Source: Bdellovibrionales bacterium
GTDB lineage: Bacteria; Bdellovibrionota; Bdellovibrionia; Bdellovibrionales; UBA1609
Direction: 5' to 3'
DNA length: 64,000 nucleotides
Assembly (NCBI GenBank): GCA_050633065.1
Contig: JBOEFV010000048.1
Span: 9,970-73,969, forward strand
Below are positions 35,384 through 43,990 of the stretch, in pieces. Each line of letters opens with the position of its first letter. The stretch's first letter is position 1. The notes under the pieces are model-generated. The model was not told the DNA's origin and did not search any database. It worked only from the letters and a program-made list of their open reading frames with translations. The position numbers were made by a program, and so were the translations under genes.

Positions 35384-36403
35384 ATGAGTGTAGATTTTGA
35401 CCCAGAGGGCACCTTTACAAATGATTCTTCAGTTTTTGGAATGCCCAAAGACATCAATTCTAAGCTTGAACTTTTGCCTGTAGCCTGGGAGCCCACAACT
35501 TCTTTTAAAAAAGGAACTGTTAAAGGACCTCAAGCAATTTTTGAAGCCACTAAGCAAATGGACCTATATCACCCTTATTTTAAAAAAGCTTATGAGGTCG
35601 GAATCTCTTGGAGTGACGACTTTTTAAATCTAAGCCTAAAACTAAACCAAGAAACCTCTCCAAAAGCTGAAAAGATCATTGCATCCATTGAAAGCGGGAA
35701 TGCACTAAGCTCCTCTGCTTTAGACTTTGTTAATGAAAAATCTGCTGAGTTAAACAATCTAATCTATAAAAAAACTCTTGAATCTAAAAAGGTTGTCGGC
35801 CTTGTTGGCGGGGACCACTCTTGCCCTTTTGGTTTAATCAAAGCTTTAAGTGAAAAGTACAAAGGGGATTTTTCAATTGTTCATATCGATGCCCACTTTG
35901 ATTTTAGAGATGAGTACCAAGGCTTTACACATTCTCACGCCTCCATCATGCACAACGTAAAAACAAAACTTAAAAACCCTCCAAGTATTTATCAACTTGG
36001 CATAAGGGACTTTTGTGAATCTGAGTATAAGTTCGCCTTAGACAATTCAACTTTTTTGCTAGATCAAGAGCTTCACGGAAAACTTTTAAAAGGCAAAAAC
36101 TTTCATGACTGTCTAGATGAGCTGTTCAAAGGGCTAAACAAAAACATCTACATCAGTTTTGATATTGATGGACTTAGCCCTGAATTCTGCCCTAACACAG
36201 GAACCCCTGTTCCAGGAGGCTTAACCTATAACCAAGCCACTTACCTGATTCAATACCTTCATCAAAAAGGTCACTCTCTTATAGGTTTTGATCTTGTTGA
36301 GGTTTCACCTAATGAAAAAAGTTCACTCGGTGAAGGACTTGATGAAGTTATAGCGTCAAGATTACTTTACGAACTAAGTTGTTTTGCGCTCTCAAGCAAT
36401 TAA
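35384..36403 (+). CDS. speB: Agmatinase / ureohydrolase-family protein
   Basis: The Mn-binding set is present: GGDHS, HIDAHFDF and SFDIDGL. Starts 1 nt after the upstream stop. Confidence 0.82.
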   Translation: MSVDFDPEGTFTNDSSVFGMPKDINSKLELLPVAWEPTTSFKKGTVKGPQAIFEATKQMDLYHPYFKKAYEVGISWSDDFLNLSLKLNQETSPKAEKIIASIESGNALSSSALDFVNEKSAELNNLIYKKTLESKKVVGLVGGDHSCPFGLIKALSEKYKGDFSIVHIDAHFDFRDEYQGFTHSHASIMHNVKTKLKNPPSIYQLGIRDFCESEYKFALDNSTFLLDQELHGKLLKGKNFHDCLDELFKGLNKNIYISFDIDGLSPEFCPNTGTPVPGGLTYNQATYLIQYLHQKGHSLIGFDLVEVSPNEKSSLGEGLDEVIASRLLYELSCFALSSN

Positions 36404-36562
36404 ACCTAAGCTCATCTGTCAAAAAAGTTGCCGGCAACTATATTACGTTCAATTTGTAATTTAGACCTACCCCTGACGCTTTTTGTCCTCTATCAAGATT
36501 ACACAGACCTATTAAAAAAACTTATTAGGTTGATTGCTCTAACGGCTAACACAAAAAGGACC

Positions 36563-36850
36563 ATGTTTATGAAATCTCTAATTTTTCTTTTCACAATCGT
36601 ACTTTCCGCCAGTACTTTTGCCGCCGAAGAAAAACTAGAACTATTCTGCACCTCCCCAGACGCATCCCCAACATTATTTCTAAACATGAGTCTTCAAAAT
36701 GATGGTGAGGTAGCCTTGGGACAGTACATGTTCCAAGCTACTTCCGATAGCGCAAGCACACTAGGCCTTGCCTTTAACTCTCCAAAGAGCATCACTAATA
36801 ATAAGAATGTGTTTTTAGTGACCTTAAGCAATGCCTCTCCCAATACATAA
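36563..36850 (+). CDS. Small secreted hypothetical protein
   Basis: The internal ATG at 36563 gives the signal peptide MFMKSLIFLFTIVLSASTFA. The track's TTG start at 36428 would add 45 non-signal residues and lies inside a palindrome. Confidence 0.4.
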   Translation: MFMKSLIFLFTIVLSASTFAAEEKLELFCTSPDASPTLFLNMSLQNDGEVALGQYMFQATSDSASTLGLAFNSPKSITNNKNVFLVTLSNASPNT

Positions 36851-36988
36851 GGATTTAAAGCACTTTATATGCCACCCATCAAAAGCCTAAACTGTTTAGA
36901 TTTTTTACAATCTTAAAACATCTTCACTAAACACCCTTTTCCTGTTGCTTTTTCCTATAAACTCTAGGTTTCGTGGTATTTTGTACCT

Positions 36989-38176
36989 ATGAAACATTTA
37001 ATAAAAAGCCACTTACTTCTTTTTTTAACATTCGCTCTTATCTCTTGTGATAATGATGATAAAAGTAACTCAGTCACTTTTATAGACCCCGTCCCAACCA
37101 CTAATGCTTCCGCACAAGATTTCTTTAGTGCATTACAAGAGTCTGAAACCCAATTGAACATCAAGTATGGTTTTAGACTGATTGTTCAAAATAACGGGCA
37201 GATTGATTATACAAAGCTTGTACAGAGTGATTTTAGACGGCTTGCACGCGTGCACAACATAACAATACAAGACATAAAGTCTCAATATTTTGAAGACATC
37301 TATCATTTTTCATTAAATTATAGCACATTACAAGACCGCGAAAACACTCTTCGTAATTATAATAATGATCTTTTTAACATCTATGTTTCAAAAACATTTG
37401 AAACAGGACAGGTCTTTTCACTAAAAAGAATTGCATACTATAATACTCGCGCTCAAAGGCTTGAAGAAGCTCTTGAAAATGCTGGTTTAGTATTACGCAC
37501 CGTCTGGGCTCTTGGAGAGTCTCCCATTGCACTTCCTCTTGCTGACATCACTAAACTTCGACAAGCTCCAGCAAGGCTTAAAAATCAATTGGTAGAAACT
37601 TCAAGGGTTTGCACTAAGTTAAATGAGATAAGCATATCTTCTGACCCCTTTACAACTAACAATGTCAGTGTTGAAGACTGCTCTCCTGAAAGCAGCATTC
37701 TTTACTATGTAGGCGCTTTAAACCTTGCTTCACTTTCAAATCAAAACATTCTTCAGCCAAGGGCAATTAGAAACGCTGTTAAAGACTATACTGATGTGAA
37801 AACTCTAGAGCTTCACCAAATTGCAAATTACTTCTTGGGTGAGAATATGATTTATATTTCACACAATTCAGCAACCGGCCTGGACATGACTAGAAGAGGC
37901 CCATGGGCTAGGAGCATTCGTCAGTCTTATCAAAACACAGCTCCTCACATTGTTCGCATCGCCCTAAGAAACAACCTTTATGAAAATCTTATTTTCAAAA
38001 AGAAGGTGATTAAATTTGAACTTTTGAGCAATTCAAATTTAAGTCCTGCTGAAAAAGCTCAGCACCGCAATGTCATTAGCACTATTGATAGAATCACTAG
38101 TGGCATCCAATACGATTCAAACTTAACTTTTAGTGTTGGAATTTCTCCAGTAGACGGATTTGTATTTAACTACTAA
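36989..38176 (+). CDS. Lipoprotein, no recognised family
   Basis: Lipobox LLFLTFALISCDN; 395 aa. Confidence 0.5.
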   Translation: MKHLIKSHLLLFLTFALISCDNDDKSNSVTFIDPVPTTNASAQDFFSALQESETQLNIKYGFRLIVQNNGQIDYTKLVQSDFRRLARVHNITIQDIKSQYFEDIYHFSLNYSTLQDRENTLRNYNNDLFNIYVSKTFETGQVFSLKRIAYYNTRAQRLEEALENAGLVLRTVWALGESPIALPLADITKLRQAPARLKNQLVETSRVCTKLNEISISSDPFTTNNVSVEDCSPESSILYYVGALNLASLSNQNILQPRAIRNAVKDYTDVKTLELHQIANYFLGENMIYISHNSATGLDMTRRGPWARSIRQSYQNTAPHIVRIALRNNLYENLIFKKKVIKFELLSNSNLSPAEKAQHRNVISTIDRITSGIQYDSNLTFSVGISPVDGFVFNY

Positions 38177-38191
38177 AAAGATGAGGAGCTC

Positions 38192-39013
38192 CTAAATGAG
38201 CTCTTCTAACTCTCGGCTTCTTCTTACAGCCGCCTCAAAACCTTTACTTAAAACCTCATCCAGATGAGACGAGCGCATCATCTCAAGACCCGCTAATGTC
38301 ACACCTTTTTTTGATGTGACATCATTTTGCATTTGCATAAAACTCTTATTAGAGTTTTTTAACATTTCACTGACTCCAGCAAAGCTCATTCTAGTGATAT
38401 CATCTGCCTGCTGGTCATCAAAACCCATTTCAACAAGCCACTCTGACCAGATTTGCATGATCTCTAGTATAAAGCCCACTCCACTTGCCGCAGAAATCAT
38501 AATTCCGTCCAAGGCCTCTTCATTTTCTACAATTTGAACAGAACCAACAGAGCTAAAGTACTCTTCAACCTCTAAAGCCAAGGCTTCATTCTCAGAATAA
38601 ACCCCAAGAATACCACTGCCGTACTCACAAGTTGTTGAAGGCATCAATCTTACAACACCGTTTACATCTGGCAGTTGGCTTTGCAAATTCTCCAATTTAA
38701 TTCCAGCACACAAACTTAAGACAACATGATCTTCAGTAAAGCTTTTTCCATAAGTGTTTAAAAACCCCGGCAAATCTTGAGGCTTAATAGCAATGACTAT
38801 GATGTCACAACTATCTAATAGGTCATCCACATGCTCAATAAATTCAACGTTAAATTTTTCAGCTAGCTGCCTGGCTTTTAGAGGAGTTCTGTTTGAGACA
38901 TAGATATTCTTAAGGTTGATGTCTTTATTTAAAGACAAGCCTGAAACAAGGCTTCTTGTCATATTTCCAGAGCCCACAAAACCTATTTTTTTTTGTTTTA
39001 AAAAAGAATGCAT
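38192..39013 (-). CDS. proC: Pyrroline-5-carboxylate reductase
   Basis: IGFVGSGNMTRS NAD(P) motif and C-terminal ..VTSKKGVTLAGL.. Confidence 0.88.
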   Translation of the reverse strand: MHSFLKQKKIGFVGSGNMTRSLVSGLSLNKDINLKNIYVSNRTPLKARQLAEKFNVEFIEHVDDLLDSCDIIVIAIKPQDLPGFLNTYGKSFTEDHVVLSLCAGIKLENLQSQLPDVNGVVRLMPSTTCEYGSGILGVYSENEALALEVEEYFSSVGSVQIVENEEALDGIMISAASGVGFILEIMQIWSEWLVEMGFDDQQADDITRMSFAGVSEMLKNSNKSFMQMQNDVTSKKGVTLAGLEMMRSSHLDEVLSKGFEAAVRRSRELEELI

Positions 39014-39016
39014 ATG

Positions 39017-39682
39017 TCACCTCTCTCCAAAAATTGATCTGCCCAACCTGACATGTGTCGCTCCATGCTTAAGAGCATCTATAAAATCTCCAGACATGCC
39101 CATTGAAAGCACGCTCCAATTCTTTTGTTGCTCCAAGCCTAAACTCTTCCTAACTCTATCAAAATGTTTCTTCGCCCACAAGAATGATAAGCCGATCTCT
39201 TCTCCACTCATATCAAGAGGCGCAATAAACATTAAACCTAAAACATTGATGTTTTCTAGCTTGAAAGCTGTCTTTAAGAATTCATCAAGGTCCTCTTCTA
39301 AAACACCATAATCTCTTTTATCTAGCGGGTGTTTAATTTGGATGAGTACGTCTTGAGGGGCTTTTGTTTTTTCATTTATTTTTAAAAGGTGCTCCAACTT
39401 GGCAATTGTGTGAATGAGTGAAAACCTATTTATGAGCTTGTTTAAAGTTCCTGTTTGAACTCGCCCTAAATAATGCCACCTTATTGATAGATCTGAAAGA
39501 TTCTCGATTTTACTACAAGCTTCACTTAAATAGTTCTCCCCAAAGTCTCTTAAGCCACACGCATATGCTTCTTTAACCCTGGCTTCATCCACAGTTTTAG
39601 AAACGGCTACTAAGCTTCCACCTAAGCTTTCAACTTGATCTTTTAACAGCTTGATTTTTTCACACTCCAAGACTAACCCCAA
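39017..39682 (-). CDS. yggS: YggS-family pyridoxal-phosphate homeostasis protein
   Basis: LVAVSKT (PLP Lys), DFGENY, WHYLGRVQ and MGMSGDF. Confidence 0.88.
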   Translation of the reverse strand: MGLVLECEKIKLLKDQVESLGGSLVAVSKTVDEARVKEAYACGLRDFGENYLSEACSKIENLSDLSIRWHYLGRVQTGTLNKLINRFSLIHTIAKLEHLLKINEKTKAPQDVLIQIKHPLDKRDYGVLEEDLDEFLKTAFKLENINVLGLMFIAPLDMSGEEIGLSFLWAKKHFDRVRKSLGLEQQKNWSVLSMGMSGDFIDALKHGATHVRLGRSIFGER

Positions 39683-40299
39683 CTCTCAAGCTCTCTTTTT
39701 AGAGACTCCATGGGAAGCCCCACAACATTAGTATATGACCCTTCAATTTCTTTAACCAAGCTAAATGTCTCATCTTGAATCCCGTAGCCCCCAGCCTTTC
39801 CCAAAACTTCAGTATTGTTCTTCAAATATTCATCAACCCCTGACTCAGACACTTCTTTAAAATTGATTTTTGTTGTCTCAACCCAACTTTTGTCCTGTCC
39901 AGAGCCATCAAGCCTTAGCAAACAGCAAGCCGTATGAACAAATTGGCTCTTTCCACTGTAATCCAGAAGCCATTTCTTAGCCCGATGAAGACTTTCAGGC
40001 TTTCCTAAACTCTCGCCCTTAAACTCAACCATGGTGTCACATGTAAGGGCAAATTTGAAATCTCCATACCTAAGGCCAATTTCATCCTTAAAGTGTTCCA
40101 TTTTAATACATGCAAGCCTTTTGCACTGGTCGAAACAATTCAGGTTTTCATCAATAATTTCCGATGTTTCTAGAGAGAAAGGTTCAAATTGATACCCTGC
40201 TTGAGTGAGTAGCTGCACTCTTCGTGGTGATTTGGAAACCAACAAAATGGAGGAGTTTAAATTGGACTCTATGCTGAATTTAGATTTTATACTGCTCAT
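39673..40299 (-). CDS. maf: Maf-family nucleoside-triphosphate pyrophosphatase
   Basis: LLVSKSPRR..LL, CDTMV, KAGGYGIQ and SYTNVVGLP. The N-terminus is about 17 aa longer than usual. Confidence 0.85.
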   Translation of the reverse strand: MSSIKSKFSIESNLNSSILLVSKSPRRVQLLTQAGYQFEPFSLETSEIIDENLNCFDQCKRLACIKMEHFKDEIGLRYGDFKFALTCDTMVEFKGESLGKPESLHRAKKWLLDYSGKSQFVHTACCLLRLDGSGQDKSWVETTKINFKEVSESGVDEYLKNNTEVLGKAGGYGIQDETFSLVKEIEGSYTNVVGLPMESLKRELESWG

Positions 40300-41173
40300 C
40301 CTGGGAATTGCCTCCGGAAGCTATGCTGTATATTTAATATCAAGAGTTATCCTTGGAGACAACTCAGATTCTTCATCTTTAGCATGGGCTACAGGAGATG
40401 AGCCTGCAGAGTCAAAGTCCCCCGTAATTAATATCTCAAGACCACTTATTCATAATTTTACACTTGTGCATGCACAAAAAATTAAATCTGAAAGCTATAG
40501 AAAAAAGATCGAAGACAACCTTAAAAAATCAGGGATTTCAAGAGAGCTTAACGTTGATGAATTCATTGGTATGCAAATCTTATGGGGCGCAATGTTCCCC
40601 TTCTTCTTGTTCTTCTTCAACTTCGCTCTTGACCTAGGGATTCCTCCTGTAGGCCTCCTTGGCCTTGGGGTTCTAGGCTTTGCCTTCCCAAATCTTTACG
40701 CCAGTGATCAAAAGAAGAAAAGAAACCTTTCAATACAAACTGATCTACCATTTTTCATCGATCTCTTAGCTTTAACGACCGAGGCAGGGATGGATTTTAT
40801 CGGAGCCATACAAAGAATTGTAGAAAAAGCTCCCGATAGCGTTCTTGCTGATGAGATGAAAGAATTACTTGCTGAGATCCGTGTTGGTAGCTCACGAGCG
40901 GATGCTTTAAGAAATTTTTCAGATCGAATTGATCTAAGTGAAATCATGAGTTTAGTTGCTGTTGTAATTGATGCTGATTCTGCCGGTGTTCCTATTCATA
41001 AGGTTTTAAAAGATCAGGCAGAGGAAATGAGACTTGAGCGTTTTGTTCGAGCTGAAAAAGCCGGCGCAAAAGCATCACAGTCTATGATGATTCCAATGGT
41101 GCTCTTTATTGTGCCTGCAGTATTTTTAACCGTTTTAGGTCCTGTTGTATTAGGCTTTATGGGGCAAAACTAA
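40247..41173 (+). CDS. TadC-type / type II secretion system F-domain inner-membrane platform protein
   Basis: A single T2SS-F domain: LPFFIDLLALTTEAGMDFIGAIQRI...GSSRADALRNFSDRI...SAGVPIHKVLKDQAEEMRLERFVRAEKAGAKASQSMMIPMVLFIVPAVFLTVLGPVV. The start is uncertain. The track gives GTG 40205 and an ATG lies at 40247. An in-frame TTG at 40262 sits 6 nt after a strong GGAGGAG. Confidence 0.8.
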   Translation: MEEFKLDSMLNLDFILLILGIASGSYAVYLISRVILGDNSDSSSLAWATGDEPAESKSPVINISRPLIHNFTLVHAQKIKSESYRKKIEDNLKKSGISRELNVDEFIGMQILWGAMFPFFLFFFNFALDLGIPPVGLLGLGVLGFAFPNLYASDQKKKRNLSIQTDLPFFIDLLALTTEAGMDFIGAIQRIVEKAPDSVLADEMKELLAEIRVGSSRADALRNFSDRIDLSEIMSLVAVVIDADSAGVPIHKVLKDQAEEMRLERFVRAEKAGAKASQSMMIPMVLFIVPAVFLTVLGPVVLGFMGQN

Positions 41174-41176
41174 CTA

Positions 41177-41530
41177 ATGAGTAATCCTAACCTTTATAAC
41201 TCTACCACCAACGCACTAGTAGCTGATGATCTCTTAATTGCAGATTCTTTTTATACGCGCTTGATGGGGCTAATGGGTAAAGCTTCTTTTTCAAATGAGA
41301 AAGCTATGCTTTTTAAAGGGCACCCGTCTATTCACACCTGCTTTATGAGGTTCCCAATTGATGTGGTTTTCTTAGATAAGAACATGGTTGTAACTGATGT
41401 TATTGAAAACCTAAAACCCTGGAGATTTACGTCGCCTTTTAGGTTTCAAAGCAAATACTGCATTGAATTTAGTAGTAATAAAATTTCCAATAAAGTTTCC
41501 AAAGGAGATCTTTTAGATGTACGCACTTAA
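41177..41530 (+). CDS. DUF192-family protein
   Basis: RLMGLMGK....AMLF....IHTCFMRFPIDVVFLDKN..V......LKPWR matches the DUF192 (COG1430) consensus as I recall it. No signal peptide is visible. Confidence 0.72.
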   Translation: MSNPNLYNSTTNALVADDLLIADSFYTRLMGLMGKASFSNEKAMLFKGHPSIHTCFMRFPIDVVFLDKNMVVTDVIENLKPWRFTSPFRFQSKYCIEFSSNKISNKVSKGDLLDVRT

Positions 41531-43049
41531 AGTTCTCTCAGGGGGAAACGCTGGACAAACATATCCGCTCGCAGCAAACGAAGTCTTCATAGGAAGGTCT
41601 CCTCAGTGCGAAGTGGCGATTCCAAATAAGAATATTTCAAAAAAGCATGCAAAAATAATTCTTGATCGCGATAGAATTCTTTTTACAGACTTAAACTCTA
41701 CAAACGGATCTTTTGTTAATGGCATCAAAGTAGAAGTGACCCTTATTAAAAAAGGGGACAAAATCTCCCTATACGACACAATCTTAGAGGTCGTTGAAAA
41801 TGATCAAATGCCTCTTTTAGGAGGCGGCGCAGCTCCAGGTGAAGCGAGCAGCGATGATCTTGAATTAAGTTACGGCTCCCCTGTAGAAAAACTTCTACAC
41901 AAAGCTGATAAGTATTTAGATAAGGCAGCAATGCCACCTCTACACTTAATGAGTGAAAAGATCGATTTTAAGTGGATCATAGGACTTCTTCTTTTTTCAT
42001 GCATACTAGCAACAGCTCTACTTTCAACAATACCTCTTATGAGCATAATTCAAGATACTGTTGAACTTGAAAGCAAAAGAAGAGCAAGCTCTTTAGCAAA
42101 AAGCTTAGCCATCAATAACAGAAAACCTTTACAAAGCGGAAGTCTCTCTGGAGCCTCTGTTGAATTTGCATATAAAGAGCCCGGTGTAAAAAAGGCTTAT
42201 ATTATCAGACAAAGCAATGGTGAGATTGTAAGCCCCTCTATATTTTCAGGGCAATTTCCAAAGAATCCTTCTGTGCATCAAGCTAGAAAAATCACAGAAC
42301 GACCTTTTCATGTTTTTAAAGCTAATAAAAGCACTATAATAGCTATGCACCCTATTAAATTTTACTCATCCAGAGATAGCGCTGAACTTACAAAGTTTTA
42401 TACTGTTGTTATTTATGATGCCAAAGTTCTATCTCTTGGAAACGAAAAGACCTTAAGCCTTTTTGTACAAACTCTATTCCTATCTCTACTCTTTGGATTA
42501 GTGGTTTTCTATTTCTTATTTAAAATAGTGGAATACCCTTTCTCAAGTCTTCTAAAAGACTTAAAGAAAGCTCTTCATAGTGGCGCCCATGAAGAAATAA
42601 ACACTCCAATTCTGTTTAGTCCTTTAAAAGAACTCTACGTTATTTCCTCAAGTCTTTTAAATAGGTCCGGAGATTCTGGAGGAGACTCACAATCAATGGC
42701 TGTTGAAGCTGACCGCTCCCTTGAAGTTCAAAACTTAGTAGAAATGCTTGGCTACGCCTCTATTATTATTTCTGGAGAGGATCAGAGTATTCTTGACTAC
42801 AACCCTCTCTTTGAAGAACTTACAAACTTATATGACATCAAGGGACTTAGGCTTGCTGAACTAACAGATCAAGCACTTCAACAAAATCTTATTGATTTAG
42901 TGGAGCGATCAAGAGTTTCTCCAGATCAAATAAACACCAATTCATTTGAGTTTACTGGAATTCCATATGAGGTGCGCATGCATCCCATTTATGGAACCAG
43001 CGATATCGCCTATTTTGTTTGTTCATTCTTTCCTGTGGAGCCTGAATAA
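41517..43049 (+). CDS. FHA-domain membrane protein (FHA, TM, extracytoplasmic domain, TM, cytoplasmic C-terminal domain)
   Basis: N-terminal FHA domain: VFIGRSPQCEVAIPNKNISKKHAKI......FTDLNSTNGSFVNG. TM segments WIIGLLLFSCILATALLSTIPLMSII and LSLFVQTLFLSLLFGLVVFYFLF. Overlaps DUF192 by 14 nt. Confidence 0.8.
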   Translation: MYALKVLSGGNAGQTYPLAANEVFIGRSPQCEVAIPNKNISKKHAKIILDRDRILFTDLNSTNGSFVNGIKVEVTLIKKGDKISLYDTILEVVENDQMPLLGGGAAPGEASSDDLELSYGSPVEKLLHKADKYLDKAAMPPLHLMSEKIDFKWIIGLLLFSCILATALLSTIPLMSIIQDTVELESKRRASSLAKSLAINNRKPLQSGSLSGASVEFAYKEPGVKKAYIIRQSNGEIVSPSIFSGQFPKNPSVHQARKITERPFHVFKANKSTIIAMHPIKFYSSRDSAELTKFYTVVIYDAKVLSLGNEKTLSLFVQTLFLSLLFGLVVFYFLFKIVEYPFSSLLKDLKKALHSGAHEEINTPILFSPLKELYVISSSLLNRSGDSGGDSQSMAVEADRSLEVQNLVEMLGYASIIISGEDQSILDYNPLFEELTNLYDIKGLRLAELTDQALQQNLIDLVERSRVSPDQINTNSFEFTGIPYEVRMHPIYGTSDIAYFVCSFFPVEPE

Positions 43050-43990
43050 TGTCAAGTTTAGCGCTTCAAACCTCAAACGAATTTTATCTAAAAGCTATCA
43101 CTGGAAAGCTTAAGGGGACTGTTTTTAGACTCAGTTCTGATGAAATTTTCATAGGAAGAGACCCAACAAACCACATTTCTATTCCTGACGATTCTAAACT
43201 TAGTCGCAGACATGCTAGACTAATTTTAAATAAGGGGCAGTACTATGTACAAAACCTATCTTCTAAAAATTCTATAAAAATTAATAATGAGACTGTTTCG
43301 CAATCAGAACTTAGAAACAACTATATCTTCACCATAGGCAACCAGTCTTTTAAATTTATCTCTATTTCAAAAGATCAAAGTGTTGCCGCTAATGAGCGCT
43401 CAGCTTCACAGTCAGCAAGAAAAACTCCGCAAGCAAAGACTTCTGCAAGTAATAAAAATATTTTCTATGCCGCGACAGCTATTTTAATCGCTGCAGGACT
43501 TTATATATTTACATCAGACCCTATGCAGCAAGAGAAAAAAGCTCTTCGTGAAATAGCGACCACTGAAAAAATCTTAGAACGTGTTGAAAAAAATAAAACT
43601 GAATCCACTGAGCTGATTGAGAATATTGAAAAATCAGGAAAGAACACAAAAGAGTATAAATCTGCTCATTCTTTTTATATTAAAGGCATGCGTGACTTCC
43701 AAAAAGGTCTTTATGCACAGGCCCTTTCTTCTTTTGACACCTGCTTGTCAATTTATCCATCTCATCAATTAGCACGGCGCTACAGTGAGCTTTCAACCAA
43801 TAGACTTGAAGAACTTATTGCATTTAACATGAGCCAAGGGGTGACAAATCTTGAAAATGGAAAAAATGATTTCTGCATTTCTTCTTTTAGAAACGTAATG
43901 TCACAGATTAATGACAAAACTGACACCCGTTACATTGAGGCCAAACAACTTCTAGAAAAGTGTAAACTCTTAAAAAGGAGTAAATACTAA
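43049..43990 (+). CDS. FHA-domain bitopic membrane protein with a TPR-like C-terminal region
   Basis: FHA domain: IFIGRDPTNHISIPDDSKLSRRHARL...VQNLSSKNSIKINN. TM segment IFYAATAILIAAGLYIF. The start overlaps the upstream stop (TAATG). Confidence 0.8.
   Translation: MSSLALQTSNEFYLKAITGKLKGTVFRLSSDEIFIGRDPTNHISIPDDSKLSRRHARLILNKGQYYVQNLSSKNSIKINNETVSQSELRNNYIFTIGNQSFKFISISKDQSVAANERSASQSARKTPQAKTSASNKNIFYAATAILIAAGLYIFTSDPMQQEKKALREIATTEKILERVEKNKTESTELIENIEKSGKNTKEYKSAHSFYIKGMRDFQKGLYAQALSSFDTCLSIYPSHQLARRYSELSTNRLEELIAFNMSQGVTNLENGKNDFCISSFRNVMSQINDKTDTRYIEAKQLLEKCKLLKRSKY

Noticed and set aside
36428-36562. N-terminal 45 codons of the track ORF 36428-36850
   Set aside because: It relies on a TTG start inside a palindrome. 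The extension has no signal or TM character, whereas the internal ATG at 36563 yields a clean signal peptide.
38916-39311. 131-aa + strand ORF antisense to proC and yggS
   Set aside because: It spans the junction of two confidently identified minus-strand genes. It has low-complexity Ser/Lys/Phe/Pro-rich sequence and no motifs.
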